DNA of 63,893 nucleotides, filler included, from Hyphochytrium catenoides (GCA_900088475.1; 12 parts of 12 records of this genome joined end to end with filler, not necessarily neighbours in it); one strand, 5' to 3'. Positions 38,023 through 51,612 are shown, numbered from the whole stretch's first letter. The notes: a model not told the origin generated them from the sequence alone. Translations and numbers: made by a program.

Positions 38023-38908
38023 CTACGACTGTTGTTGCTGCCCTAGTTGATCTCTTCTGTCCTTCAAAAACCAAAGGAACAATCTGGAAGCATTACACAA
38101 TTCTCCTTCTGAACAATGGGGCAGCCATCGCATAAAGGATTGCAACGATCCATCCAGTTCCTGAGTATTTTGGGGGTCAAACTCTCTCAACCACCGATCT
38201 CTTCTCAGTCTATCGTTCTGTGTTGCCCACCAAACATGGCAACCCACTGTCCGGAGAAGATCAGGGCAGCCGGCAGTAGCGTTGCATTTTGTAGTTCCGA
38301 ATGAAGTAGCCTCTCCTTCAGCCTCTGTTGGGTGAAAGTTATATCCACGACTCTGACCAGGCAACAGACAGGTGAAGCAAATACCATCGTTGCGGTTAGG
38401 AATAACTATAGCCTCTTTGTAAGGGCAATCTCCCGCTCTGTGCCCTGATTGCAGAGGAGTTAAGCACTTGTAGCACCGCCCGTCAACTAAAGGGCAAAAG
38501 TTCTTCTCCGCTGGGTTATGAGTTGCTGTTATATCCTCCGTTATGTGGCAGTAGGCACAGGGGGCAAGCCCCAGGGGATGAGATAGCTTCCCTAACTTTA
38601 TAAAGTCCTTCAGGTCATGCATAGCCTGCCAGATCTGGTAGGTCTTGTGAACCTGGTCTCTCAGCCATTCACCAGCGTATTGTCTACTCGCGGGCTGAAT
38701 ATAGTCAAAGTGAACTTGACCTCGTCCCTCCTCGGTCTGCATTGATTCCAAAGAGTCCCGAAGGTTAGGTGTAGACGACGGCTCGCTAGAGCTGCCCCTT
38801 GACAGTGTCTCCTGACATACATCGCAAAGCCCAAAGTCATCACAGCCAAGGAAGACACAGCTCGTACCCGTTGTATCCTCTTCCAAGGCTCGGTCCAAGC
38901 CTTCTCGC
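38023..38908 (-). CDS. C-terminal part of a RecQ-type helicase with a Cys/His-rich extension, 5' truncated by the contig end; probably element-borne
   Basis: Begins REGLDRALEEDTTGTSCVFLGCDDFGLCDVC (like the RecQ Zn-binding CRR..L....C...CDxC), then CAYC..H..C, RCYKC..H..DC, CFTCLLP..H..C. Intronless and microsatellite-free. Confidence 0.55.
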
Positions 38909-39616
38909 NNNNNNNNNNNNNNNNNNNNNNNNNNNNNNNNNNNNNNNNNNNNTTAATTAATTAANNNNNNNNNNNNNNNNNNNNNNNNNNNNNNNNNNNN
39001 NNNNNNNNTTAACGATGTACAAAACAGAGAGAGAAAGCGAGAGAGAGAGAGAGAGAGTACAGGTATATTAATGCGTACTACGTCTCCATATGGACAATAA
39101 GCGCCTTTCCTCATTCTTGTCTAAGAGTTTAGAGCTCTCAAAAGAGAACCTACTAATAGGAGCAAAAGAGAGAGGAAAAAGAACGCATCATATCGGGAGA
39201 TTAAAGAATGTGAGATTGTCCGTGTGCAGCGGATTTAGAGGAGAGGAAAAAGCTAGCAAAGATAAGGAAACCTAGTAGTCGAATGGTAGTCGGACGGAGG
39301 GATGACAGGATTCATCGGCTCAGAGCATCCTTCTCTTCTAGTACATTCCCTTTCTCTCTCTCTCTCGCTATTCTTCTGTCCCTCTATCTCATTCAAGGCT
39401 CGCTAAATTCTCTCTTTCTTTCCATAGCTACCCTTCCAGCTCTTCTGAAGCAGCTAAAAAGAAGGAGATTGAACAAATATCTCTCTTACTGGGAATTATA
39501 AGCATATACACTTGACAAATAGACTAACTGATGCATCACAGTCAGAGGGAGAGAGAGAGAGAGAATGAAAGAGGGCGCGAGGAGAAATAGGCAACCATCA
39601 TAGCAGGGGGAGAGGG

Positions 39617-39654
<38 letters not shown>

Positions 39655-39872
39655 TGTTAATAGTTGAACGAAAAGAGTAGGAAGAAGTGTCAGGACGCTT
39701 CACTTGGTCAATCTTCAGGTCGGCAGATTTCTTGTATGGGATGCTCTCTCTCTGTGTCTGTCGCTCTTCCATTGTCTCCCACGCAGTGTCTCCTTGTGGC
39801 CTCAATAACTGCTATAGTAAGAGTGTCCACGAGGAAAGCGATCCAATGGTGGAGAGAGACGAAATAGAGCAT

Positions 39873-39914
<42 letters not shown>

Positions 39915-39958
39915 AGGGGTGGTTGTGGGCGCGATGATCTTCCTTTTGCTGCTAGGGC

Positions 39959-40389
39959 CTTCCTTTGCCTCAATACAGTCATTGTCAGAGTCCCAGGATG
40001 GTGGTTGCAGACCAGGAAGATCTTAGTTGCTCGCCAGGAGAGAGAGAGAGAGATGACCGTCTTGTCCCTTGGTTTTCCTTTGCCTCCATTCAGAGAATCT
40101 TGAGAGTCTCAGGACTCAGGATAGACGGGTCGATGTCAGGCTGTGAGAGAGAGGGATGGAAAGAGAAGAAGATGAGAGAAGAGATCACTGTTGTGGACCT
40201 TCCTTTGCCTCCATACGGTCGTTGTGAGAGTCTCAGGAAAGCCGGCGGTGGGAGATCTTTCCTTTTTTCATTTCCTTCTTGGTGCTTGGGAGAGAGAGAG
40301 ACCGAAAGAAGACTGGAACTAGGAGAGAGCAGACTGAAAATCTATGGTCTCTCCTTAGCCTCAATGCAGATTGTCCAGAGAGTCTTAGG
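39959..40389. repeat. Four diverged ~40-bp repeats separated by dissimilar spacers
   Basis: TCCTT(T/A)GCCTC(A/C)AT..N..GAGTC(T/C)(C/T)AGG near 39960, 40075, 40200 and 40351. Confidence 0.65.
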
Positions 40390-40714
40390 GGAGGACCAAC
40401 AGATCATATCCATTCAGTCCTGACACGAGAGAGAGAGCGTGTGAAAGACGAAGAAGTGCCAAAGGAGGAGAGAGAGAGAGAGCGAGAGAGAGTGAGTGAA
40501 AGAGAGTTGCCTATCGAGTTGATGCTGGTTGGTGAGAGGTTGACGTGCTCTTGATTTGATGTCCATGTCACCACGATGAGAGACAGCAGGGAGAGAAAGA
40601 GAGAGGGAGAGGGAGAAAGAGAGAGGCACCCTCGAGGCGTGAGGGGTAGTAGAGTCACATTCCGCTCGAGAGGAGGAGCAAAAAAACTCAGAACCACGCA
40701 ACAACCAGCTTTTC

Positions 40715-40801
40715 TCACGCTGCCGCTTGTAGCAGCTGCCCCTGCTGCTGCTCCCTTTCTTCACGGCGCCGCTTTGCCTCCTTTCTCTGCTTGGCCGTTC
40801 T
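40715..40801 (-). CDS. 3' end of an unidentified gene at a contig edge
   Basis: RTAKQRKEAKRRREEREQQQGQLLQAAA* frame. Confidence 0.3.
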   Translation of the reverse strand, partial: RTAKQRKEAKRRREEREQQQGQLLQAAA

Positions 40802-40962
40802 NNNNNNNNNNNNNNNNNNNNNNNNNNNNNNNNNNNNNNNNNNNNTTAATTAATTAANNNNNNNNNNNNNNNNNNNNNNNNNNNNNNNNNNNNNNNNNNN
40901 NGAGAGAGAGAGACTGGTGAAAAAAGAAAAGATGATAGAGGAACAAAGGTTTGAGGATGTAC

Positions 40963-42623
<1,661 letters not shown>

Positions 42624-42738
42624 CTATACAGAGACAACTAGAGAAAAGGAGACACAGGGAAGACTTCTAAGGATCTGCATCGTGGTCGAGCATGGAAAAT
42701 GCAATGCACAACTAGCGAGAAAAAAGAAAGAACGAAAG

Positions 42739-42774
<36 letters not shown>

Positions 42775-43330
42775 NNNNNNNNNNNNNNNNNNNNNNNNNN
42801 NNNNNNNNNNNNNNNNNNTTAATTAATTAANNNNNNNNNNNNNNNNNNNNNNNNNNNNNNNNNNNNNNNNNNNNGAGAGAGAGAGAGAGAGAGAGAACGG
42901 GAAAACAGTGGAAAGAAAAGGAGAACAGATGAGGCCCGTCTTGTTCTCATTCTGAGCGAGAGACAAAAGGAACCAGTGACTCAAGTAAAGAAGGAGAGAG
43001 AAGACAGAGAGAGACGAGGCCTCTCTTCTCATTCTTGGACTGAGACATTTGATTAGGCAACTTTTTTGCCTTCTATCGGGTGATGAGGACAATCCTAGCA
43101 GTTAACAAACCCGAGAGAGAGAGAGAAAGAGAGAGAGAACATCAGATCATTCTTTCTCCAGAAGATCCCTCTCTATTTCTCTCTCTCTCTCTCCCTCTTC
43201 CATACCCTTTCAACCGCCAGGTTGGAGTTCTGAGAACAACGAACGAGGTAGAGCAAAAACGCGAAGGCGGAAGAAAAAATCTAATACTCTTCTCTAGATA
43301 GAAAGAAAGAGAGAGAGGGAGAGAGAGAAA

Positions 43331-43367
<37 letters not shown>

Positions 43368-45085
43368 AGAGTGGGTTCATTTGAAGCAATCTTGGCTAGA
43401 CTGAGAAACTGGATAGAACTAGATGGAAAGGGAGAGAGGGAGACACGACGAGAGAGAGAAAGCTCTAGCTGTGGAGACGCATGAGTTATTCGAGTGGAAA
43501 GAGAGAGACAGCGAGAAAGAGGAGGCAGACTGTGGGACGCTTGACAGATGATTCACTGCCGTGTGGTTGCGGCGAAGAGAGAGAGAGAAATAGAGAGATT
43601 TTGTTGGGTTTCTCTGGGTCTGGACAGATTTTATTTAGGCCAGAGCAGCAACGCCGGGGAGACGAGAGAGAGAGAGAGAGATTCTGATGGATTTTTCTGC
43701 GTCTGGGACTGGTTATCTTTAGATCAGTGCAGCAAGGGCGAGGAGACAGGATGGAGAGAGAGAGAGAGAGTTCCTTTTTTCATTAGAGATAAGACGGCCG
43801 CGATTGTTGACGAGAGAGAGACCATGGGGAGAGAGAGAAATAGCGGAACGGTGATGCTTTAGGTTCTTGTGGACGCGAGAGAGAGAGAGAGAGAGGGCTT
43901 TGAGCTTTTTGCTGGGACCAGCGCTGGAGCGGCGCTAGAGAGAGAGTGTTAACCAGCAAGGAAGATTGGGAAAGGAGAGAGAGTTGATAGAAAGAGAAGA
44001 CGTTTTGAGGAAGAAGGAAGACTTTGTCTGTGTCTACGCTTTCAGCAGCGGAGTCAAAAAGAGAAAAAAGAGAGAGGAAAAGGGAGAGAAAGAGTTCTGA
44101 TTTCAAAAGACTGCTTATCTTGAGGCTTAATGTCTTATCTTTTGAATTGTTGGAGTGCTTGAGAAGAGAGAGAAGCGAAGGTGAGAAACACAACGGGCGA
44201 CGAGGAGAGAGAGAAGTACTCTCAGACAAGAGGGAGAAAGGAAGTCTTGGTCAAGAGAGAGAAAGAGCAGAACTACCACCTGAAAGAGATTAGAGAAGTT
44301 AATTCTCAGCAAAGCATCTTCTCTCTATCTCTCCTTTAAAGTCCGGAGGGATGAGGGAAAAGAGATAGAGAGAGAGAGAGAAGATTACTGGATGACAAGA
44401 ATCAGACGCTCTCTCTCTCTCTCACTCCTTTTGCTTTTCTTGCTTCATCGCCTTTCTGATCACTATATAAGAGACCAATGTGACAGAGAGAGAAGAGAAC
44501 CCTTAATATGTTGATGTCCCTCTCTCTCTCTCTCTCTCGGTCGCCAGTCTCTCTTCTCTTGAGAGGTCTGCTTTCTCTTCCTTTTTCTCCAAGTCACTTC
44601 TTCTCTCTGTCTGCCCTTTCCGCGCTCTGGTTGCCATTCCTCTCTCTCTTTCTTTTCTCTCTTCTGCTTTATTCCATCGTGCACTTCCTCTCCCTAATGA
44701 TGACGTTCATCTCTTCATTGCCTTTCGTTTATCTTTCGTGGATCGACCGTTCTTTCTTTAATTCTCTCTCTCTCTCTCTCTCTGTTTGTTCCTTCATGTC
44801 ATTTTGTCCTGCGCTTAAAATGGCTGTCGACATCTGTCTTGCCTGAAAGTTCGTCTCTCGTCCTTCCTGTTTCTCTCCCTTCTCCTTTGGTCACTTTGTC
44901 TCTGATCTTCTCTTGCCTCACAGTGATGCGCCGTTTTTTGGCTGCTCTCTCTCTTCCAAATCTTGCTCTCGCTTTCCGTCTTCTCTTGTCTCTCCATTTC
45001 CCTTTCTCTGTCTCTTCATAATCTCTCCCGCTTCTTTTCGCAGATCGATGATCAGTGCGCTACTTCCCTTTCTCTCTCTTCCCTT

Positions 45086-45131
<46 letters not shown>

Positions 45132-45409
45132 TCTCTCTCTCTTTCCGTCCCTTCTCAAGGCTCACGACCGTTTTGCACTTAGGCTGTTACACCCGGACTG
45201 CCAAGTTACGAAATCGGGTTACAACGATTTCATTGTTATATTATTCTAGATTTGTTCTGTATAAATTCAAAGTATTCTGTAAAATGACTACTTGCTTCCG
45301 AAATGACAAGAATGAGATCGTAAAGGGCAACAGTACGGTCTCGGGCTCCATAACGGAAAGAAATTGCGTGTGCACTTGCTGCTGTCCTGCTGTCCCTTCT
45401 TGAGTTGAG

Positions 45410-45465
<56 letters not shown>

Positions 45466-45693
45466 GCTTCCAGAAGCTGTCTTCTCCTCCCGGGTGCCTC
45501 TCTTCCGATGGTCCTGCTCTCTTTCTTTCTGCCCATAACATTTCTCTACATTTCTCTTCGGCTGTCCCGCCCTCCTTTTGGTTCTCTCCCTATCTAGATC
45601 ATTCATCGGGTCTGTGGCATTGCCATGGTTGGTTACCCGTTGGGAGGCCTATGGAGTCCCCTTCACTCCTCCATCCATCCATCATCCATCAAG

Positions 45694-45763
<70 letters not shown>

Positions 45764-46360
45764 TTCTTTTCTCGCTCTTCCCTTCTCGACCCACTGCTGC
45801 CCCGTTCCCCACTTTATTCAGCCTCTTGGCCCGCGAAACTCCCGTCCGCCCGCCGCCAAACAATTGCGAGTTATCAGATAGTTCCTCGTCCAAGCATAGA
45901 AGCTCTTCTCTTCTGTCAATCTCTCTCTCTCTCTCTCTTCCGTCTTTGGGTCTCTCGCTCTTTCCTTGTGCTGCGACCTGGTGGTGGCGTGAGCCATTTT
46001 TGTTCAGTAGCTGGAGAAAGAGCTATTTTCTGGGAGAGACAAAGCAAAGAGAATACGGAGAAGACCTCAATAGGGAAGGAACAGTAGTCTCTCTTGGTTG
46101 TCAATATACCACCAAAAGAGGTTTTCTCGTCACAGCTCTCTCTCTCTCCTTTGATCCCTTTTCTCATTTCCTTTATGGCCTCAGTTCTTGCTAGAGAGGT
46201 GCTGGTGCTCATAGGTGGAAGAGAGATGATGATGGGGACGGCAGAAGAAAGCCGAGGGCAGTGACAAAAGAGAAAGGTCTTAAGAAAGGGGAAGGACAAG
46301 GACAAGGAGAGAGACAGGGAGAGAGACAGCACTTTCGAGCTCTCTTTCCTCCCCAGAACG

Positions 46361-49300
46361 ATGTACAAGATTGACGCCGGGCCTCCTTCGCCCACCGCAA
46401 TGAGGGCCAAGACAGCCATAGGGGGAGAAAGAAGGACGGCGGCAGGCCGAGGAGGAGGAGCAGGAGCAGGAGACAGAGGAAAGACAAATGGAGGAGAAAG
46501 AAAGAAGATCCATCGTTTGCGGAACCGTCGTTTCTCTATGATGGAAGGCATTCCTATGGAGATTCGTTTCTCCTGTGGCGTCTGTGGCGTCTCTCCTATT
46601 CCTGGGACCCGTTATCGGTGTATAGAGTGCCCTGTAGCGACGGTAAGAGGAGGAGGAACAGAGGAAGAGAGAGGAGAAGAGAGAGGTGCCAGGCGAGGAA
46701 GAGGAGGAGAGAGAACAGAAAAAAGAGGAGAGGAAGGGATTCGCACTCGTACTACTGAAGCGGTAGCACCAGCGGCAACCGGAGAAGGAGAGAGCAGAGA
46801 GAACAATACTAGTGCCTTTCCTGGTGCCTCCACTACTACTGCTCTCCTCTCTCTCTCCTCTCCTGATGAAGGAGAGAGAGAAACATCACCATCTCCGGAC
46901 GGCCCTTCTTCCCTATCAACAATAGAGGCAGCCAGCCTACCACCAAAACGAGGGAAAGAAGAAGAAGAAGAAGAGAACAAGGAAGAAGAAGAGAAGAAGG
47001 CCAACAACAACAAGAAGAGAAGCAGCAGCCAGCCACCTTCTTCTTCTTCTTCTTCCTCTCTTTCCTCTCCGTCCTCTCTCTCTCTCTCTTCCTCTCATCC
47101 GCCCAGCTCCTGGGGGGAGTTCAATCTCTGTGAAGACTGCTGGCGCCACAAGCCCAACCGCCTTGAACATCGCAAACAGGCCCACCCAGACGATTATTAC
47201 AACACAAAAATATACCACACGACGGGACCGGCGGGCGCGGCCGTAAAAACGACCACGGCGGCGCCCACGTCGACGACCTCGGGGGCGGGGCCACGTCTCT
47301 TCTTCCCGGTCGCGGAGCCAGAATATCCTGTTGGTTGTTCGTCTTGCAAGGAAGAGACAGTCTTTGGGCACTGGTACCAGTGCACACTTTGTCCCTCTTC
47401 GTCTTCGTTCTCAGTTGTAAATTCGATGTCGATGGATGTGGTGCCGTCTTCGTCGGCGGCGGGGGCGTCGAGTTCAGTTTCCACGACGCCTTTCTCTTCT
47501 TCTTCTTCTTCTTTCTCTCTCTCTTCTTCCTCATCATCATCAACCTCGATGTCGTTTTCTTCTGCTTCTAATGCCACTCTCATTCCTTCTTCCTCGTCAG
47601 CGACGGCTTCATCTTCTTCTTCCTTGCTATCCTCATCTACTGTATGTCTCTCTCCTTTCGTGCTGTGTCAACGGTGCTTCAAAAGTGTGGCGGAAGGTCT
47701 CTCCCATGCAAAGGAGAAGCATGACTCGTTGTCTCTTGCTGAAGTATTTGAGAGAAAGGAAGGCAGAAGAGAGAGATGGAGAACGCTGCCTGTTCCATCC
47801 AAGACGGCCACCTTCTGGGCTTCCTACCTCTGCGTCGTCTTCATCCCCTTTGGTATCTTCATCCTCTGCGCGCGGCTTGGTCGCTATCTTCTCTCTCTCC
47901 TCTCTTCTCGCTTCCCCGCAAAGAGTAAGGTAAAGGGACAGAAGGAGCAGAAAGAGAAGATGACGAGCAGGAAGAAAGTTCGTCCATTGGTTGCGGTAAG
48001 GCCTCAGCCTAGTGAGCCAAGTACCACCAGAAGCGTGACTGCAGGAGGCGGAGGAGAAGATCGGGATGAAAGAGGAGAGAGAGAGAAAAACTCTTCAGTA
48101 TCTGACAAACAAGCGGTCGGAAGAGAGGGAGAAGAGGGAAATGGGGCCCGAACTTCTTCTGCCACCGCCGTACAGACTCTCTCTCCCTCGCGTAGGAGCG
48201 TCACTGATGAAGGCGGAGAAGGAGATGCAGACCGTTCAAGAGAAACAACTGGAGGGCAAGAAACAAGAGCACGCAGTCAAGGACCTCCTTTAAGCGAAGA
48301 AGAGAGACAACGAAGCACGGAGAAGATGGAAGAGACGCTTCTCACTACCGCTAGAAAAGGGAGAGAAAACAGTACCGCAGATGAAGAAGGAGGAGGAGGT
48401 AGCAGTAAAGGCGGCGCAAGAAATAAGCATACGGCTGCTGGAGTTGGAGAGGTAGGAGAGAGAGACACCAAGGCGTACTTTGGCATCTCTTTCTCGGGCA
48501 TCTGGACTTCTCTTTCTGAGGTCTTTTTCGCTGTCCTCTCCCACGAAGCCTTACCCTCTTCTCACTTTATCCTTGCTGGTTTGGCCTGGACAGCAATCAT
48601 TATTCCTTCTTTTGTTCTCTGTGACGACTATCCTTCTGAGAGGATCTACTACGCCATTCTCTTCTATCTGGCTTACTCCTGTCATCCTTTCTGGACGATG
48701 GATGGCGGAAGAGACGAGCTCTCTCTTCGGAAAAAGAAATGGGACCCTGATCTTCAGCTTCACTGCGTCTCTGCAGTACATCCTCTCCCTCCCGGAGCAG
48801 CGCTACGCCCAGGAATCACGCCTTCCAGCCGCGTCGTGCATTTTCGAATCATTGAACTCTTGGAAGTCTTTAGGGCTGATGACGACGATAAGGCCAACAT
48901 TCCTGGAGGAAGAACCTTGAGAGTGAAGAGACTGATCCATCTCTTTGCTCTTCTTCTGGGCGTCTCCCAGCTGGTGGCCATGGCGGTTATCCCTTCTCTC
49001 TTGCACAGCAAGTTCCATCGTGATGACAGTCTTCGGGAGAGAGAGGACAAGTCTACGATGATCCCACTGGACCAAGAGTTCTTTCTCTCTCCCTTCTGCC
49101 AGCAACAGCTTCCAGGATCCTACGCCAACCTGATCCGTGCTCTCTTCGTCGCTCTTCCTCTCTCTCTTCTCCATCTCTTCGAAATGGCCTTCATCCTTCT
49201 TGACTATGCGGACGTGTACGACCATTGGCGATGGTTCGACCTTCTCTCCACGTCAGACACTTTCCGTCGCCGGTGTTGCCACTTCCGGTCGGTGGGCTTT

Positions 49301-50044
49301 AGCAACGAAGAGACGCGCCGGCACACTTGCATCTTGGTCGATTATGCTTACTCTTGCTTTACCACGCCGCATCACATTCGCTCCTGGTCCAAACTGAGAA
49401 AAGTGTTGATCCATCGGAGTCGTCTTCTGGAAGAGAGAACACGTCCTGTTGTCCTGGTGTGGCTCTTCGGGACGTTCGTCGGTCTCTCTATTCTTCTGAT
49501 GTACGCCTTGTCAGGAGAGGTGCCTCTTCCCTCTTTCTATTATTTGATCACATGGATGGTGCTGGTTCTCCCTCCTCTGATGCCGATCCTGACGCTCAGT
49601 CATTTGACCTGGAGAATCCAGAGAAGACACTTTGGAATGCTCATCGAAGAAGTTTTCAAGTTGCAAGAGAAGATGCCCCATCACCTGCTTCAGGAGCGAG
49701 GAAAAAATGGAGGAGGAGAGAGAGGAGGAAGAGAGAGAAAGCTCAGTGTTCTTTCTTCTCTCTCCGAGATAGCTACGGAAGACAATCGAGGAGAGAGAGA
49801 AAGAGAGAGAGAAGAAGGAAACACTTCCTCATCATCCTCAGGACGGCACGACCCGGTCGTTACCCGTCTCATGGCCTCAAAAATGCTGAAGACACTGAGC
49901 AGAATGTTGGAGGTGGACGACGAGACGACCACTTTCTTTGGTTTTCAAGTCTCTTCTCGGTTTCTGCAGACATTGGGCGGTTTGACAGTGACGGTCATCT
50001 CTTTCATTATGTCTTCCCCGCTCAGCTACTCCTGGGGCTTTTAG
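46361..50044 (+). CDS. Intronless 1227-aa protein: two interrupted ZZ-type zinc fingers plus a PHTF-like (7TMIC superfamily) multi-pass membrane domain
   Basis: CGVCGVSPIPGTRYRCIEC...FNLCEDC and CSSCKEETVFGHWYQCTLC...FVLCQRC; about 7-8 hydrophobic segments; the C-terminus HIRSWSKLRKVL..MLIEEVFKL..MLKTLSRMLEVDDETTTFFGFQVSSRFLQTLGG resembles the PHTF C-terminal region. Confidence 0.7.
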   Translation: MYKIDAGPPSPTAMRAKTAIGGERRTAAGRGGGAGAGDRGKTNGGERKKIHRLRNRRFSMMEGIPMEIRFSCGVCGVSPIPGTRYRCIECPVATVRGGGTEEERGEERGARRGRGGERTEKRGEEGIRTRTTEAVAPAATGEGESRENNTSAFPGASTTTALLSLSSPDEGERETSPSPDGPSSLSTIEAASLPPKRGKEEEEEENKEEEEKKANNNKKRSSSQPPSSSSSSSLSSPSSLSLSSSHPPSSWGEFNLCEDCWRHKPNRLEHRKQAHPDDYYNTKIYHTTGPAGAAVKTTTAAPTSTTSGAGPRLFFPVAEPEYPVGCSSCKEETVFGHWYQCTLCPSSSSFSVVNSMSMDVVPSSSAAGASSSVSTTPFSSSSSSFSLSSSSSSSTSMSFSSASNATLIPSSSSATASSSSSLLSSSTVCLSPFVLCQRCFKSVAEGLSHAKEKHDSLSLAEVFERKEGRRERWRTLPVPSKTATFWASYLCVVFIPFGIFILCARLGRYLLSLLSSRFPAKSKVKGQKEQKEKMTSRKKVRPLVAVRPQPSEPSTTRSVTAGGGGEDRDERGEREKNSSVSDKQAVGREGEEGNGARTSSATAVQTLSPSRRSVTDEGGEGDADRSRETTGGQETRARSQGPPLSEEERQRSTEKMEETLLTTARKGRENSTADEEGGGGSSKGGARNKHTAAGVGEVGERDTKAYFGISFSGIWTSLSEVFFAVLSHEALPSSHFILAGLAWTAIIIPSFVLCDDYPSERIYYAILFYLAYSCHPFWTMDGGRDELSLRKKKWDPDLQLHCVSAVHPLPPGAALRPGITPSSRVVHFRIIELLEVFRADDDDKANIPGGRTLRVKRLIHLFALLLGVSQLVAMAVIPSLLHSKFHRDDSLREREDKSTMIPLDQEFFLSPFCQQQLPGSYANLIRALFVALPLSLLHLFEMAFILLDYADVYDHWRWFDLLSTSDTFRRRCCHFRSVGFSNEETRRHTCILVDYAYSCFTTPHHIRSWSKLRKVLIHRSRLLEERTRPVVLVWLFGTFVGLSILLMYALSGEVPLPSFYYLITWMVLVLPPLMPILTLSHLTWRIQRRHFGMLIEEVFKLQEKMPHHLLQERGKNGGGERGGRERKLSVLSSLSEIATEDNRGEREREREEGNTSSSSSGRHDPVVTRLMASKMLKTLSRMLEVDDETTTFFGFQVSSRFLQTLGGLTVTVISFIMSSPLSYSWGF

Positions 50045-50602
50045 AGCATGATACGGTCTCTGTGATGATGAGAAAGAGACTGCAATAGACTCTGGGTTTG
50101 GGTCATTCTCTCTCTATATATATATATCTCTTCGTCTCTCTCTCTCTCTCGCTCTTTCTTTCTCGTCGCGCTCTCTCTCTCTTCCCTCTCGCTCTCTCTC
50201 GCTCTCTCTCGCTCTCTCTCGCTCTCTCTCGTTCTCTCTCGCTCTCTTTCTCTCTCATCACTCTCCTTGCCTGTAATTTACCTATCTATCTATCTATCTC
50301 TTTCGTCTCTCTATCTCTGTCTCTTTTCCTCTTCCTCTCTATTCATTTTTATAATAATCGTATAACATACATTTTACTCTTTATTTTTTCTCGTCTGGTC
50401 TTTCTCTTCCTTCTCTCTTCTTCTCTTCAACGATCTACATTCTCTTCTCCCTCGAAGTATTTATATACTTCGATACTCTTTCTTATCTCTCTCACGCTTC
50501 TCTCTCTCTTTCTTTTTACCCGCTCATTGCCAAAGAGGACCGGCCTTTGCTGTTCTTTTTACCTGTGCGTTCGACGAGGAGAGAATGGCAAGGATTTATT
50601 CA

Positions 50603-50647
<45 letters not shown>

Positions 50648-50966
50648 AATCGATGAGGGAGAGAGAGAGCGTGCTGGTTCCTGAACTGAAAAAGATGAGA
50701 CTGGTTTAAGGTCTTCTTACTTTTCTAATAAAGGAGAGAATGTGGGAGACACAAGGCAAGTCTCTTCAAAATCTTCTCTCTTCCTTGCTAAGAGAGAGAG
50801 AGGAACCACCAGAGCGTCATTATTATCGTTCTTTTAACCCTTTATACTCTCTCTCTCTCTCTCTTTTCTCTCTCTCTCTCTCTCTCTCTCNNNNNNNNNN
50901 NNNNNNNNNNNNNNNNNNNNNNNNNNNNNNNNNNNNNNNNNNNNNNNNNNNNNNNNNNNNNNNNNN

Positions 50967-51578
50967 ATCCCCCGGAGAAGATAATTTGCTGGAGAGGAGA
51001 GGGGAGAAGAAGGATGAGGTTGAACATAAGGCCGTAGTACCACATCAGCATGATGAAGGGCGTCAGCCAACCCCACACCGGCCATAGACCGATGTGTAAG
51101 CTGAGAGAGAGAGAGAGAGAGAGACAGAGACAGAGAGAGCGAGAGAGCGAGAGAAAAGAAAGTAGAGCGGGGAAGAGAAGCGCACAAGAAGAGAGAGTGA
51201 AAGAACAAGAGGCAGAAGGAGGTAGAGGACAAATGACAGAGAGAGAAACAGGATGGGAGGTACAGCAAAGAGAGAGAGCGAGAGAGAAGAGGTAGGAAGA
51301 AGAGGCAAGCAGCGAACGGTCAAGAGAGAGGAGAGGAGAAAGGGAGAGAACAGACAAAGAGAGAGAGAGAGAGAGTTAGTTTGAGGAATCGGGAAGTAGT
51401 AGAATCTGCACCGTGCACTTGTTTCCCTCTTTCTCTCTCTCTCTGTTATCCTGCTCCCCCCCGTCTCTTCATCTTAGGCCGCTTGATGTCTTTCTTCTAC
51501 CCTTTGCTGTTTCTCTCTCTCTCTTTCTTTTCTCCTCGATCTCTCTGCATCTCACTCCACCGGGTGTCTACTTCTCTG

Positions 51579-51612
<34 letters not shown>

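Noticed and set aside
39959-40389. CRISPR array
   Set aside because: Repeats are too diverged, spacers are long and unequal, there are no cas genes, and the context is eukaryotic.
42875-44300. Possible minus-strand gene start divergent from the ZZ-PHTF gene
   Set aside because: Only short exon-like patches; no consistent frame or domain could be assembled.
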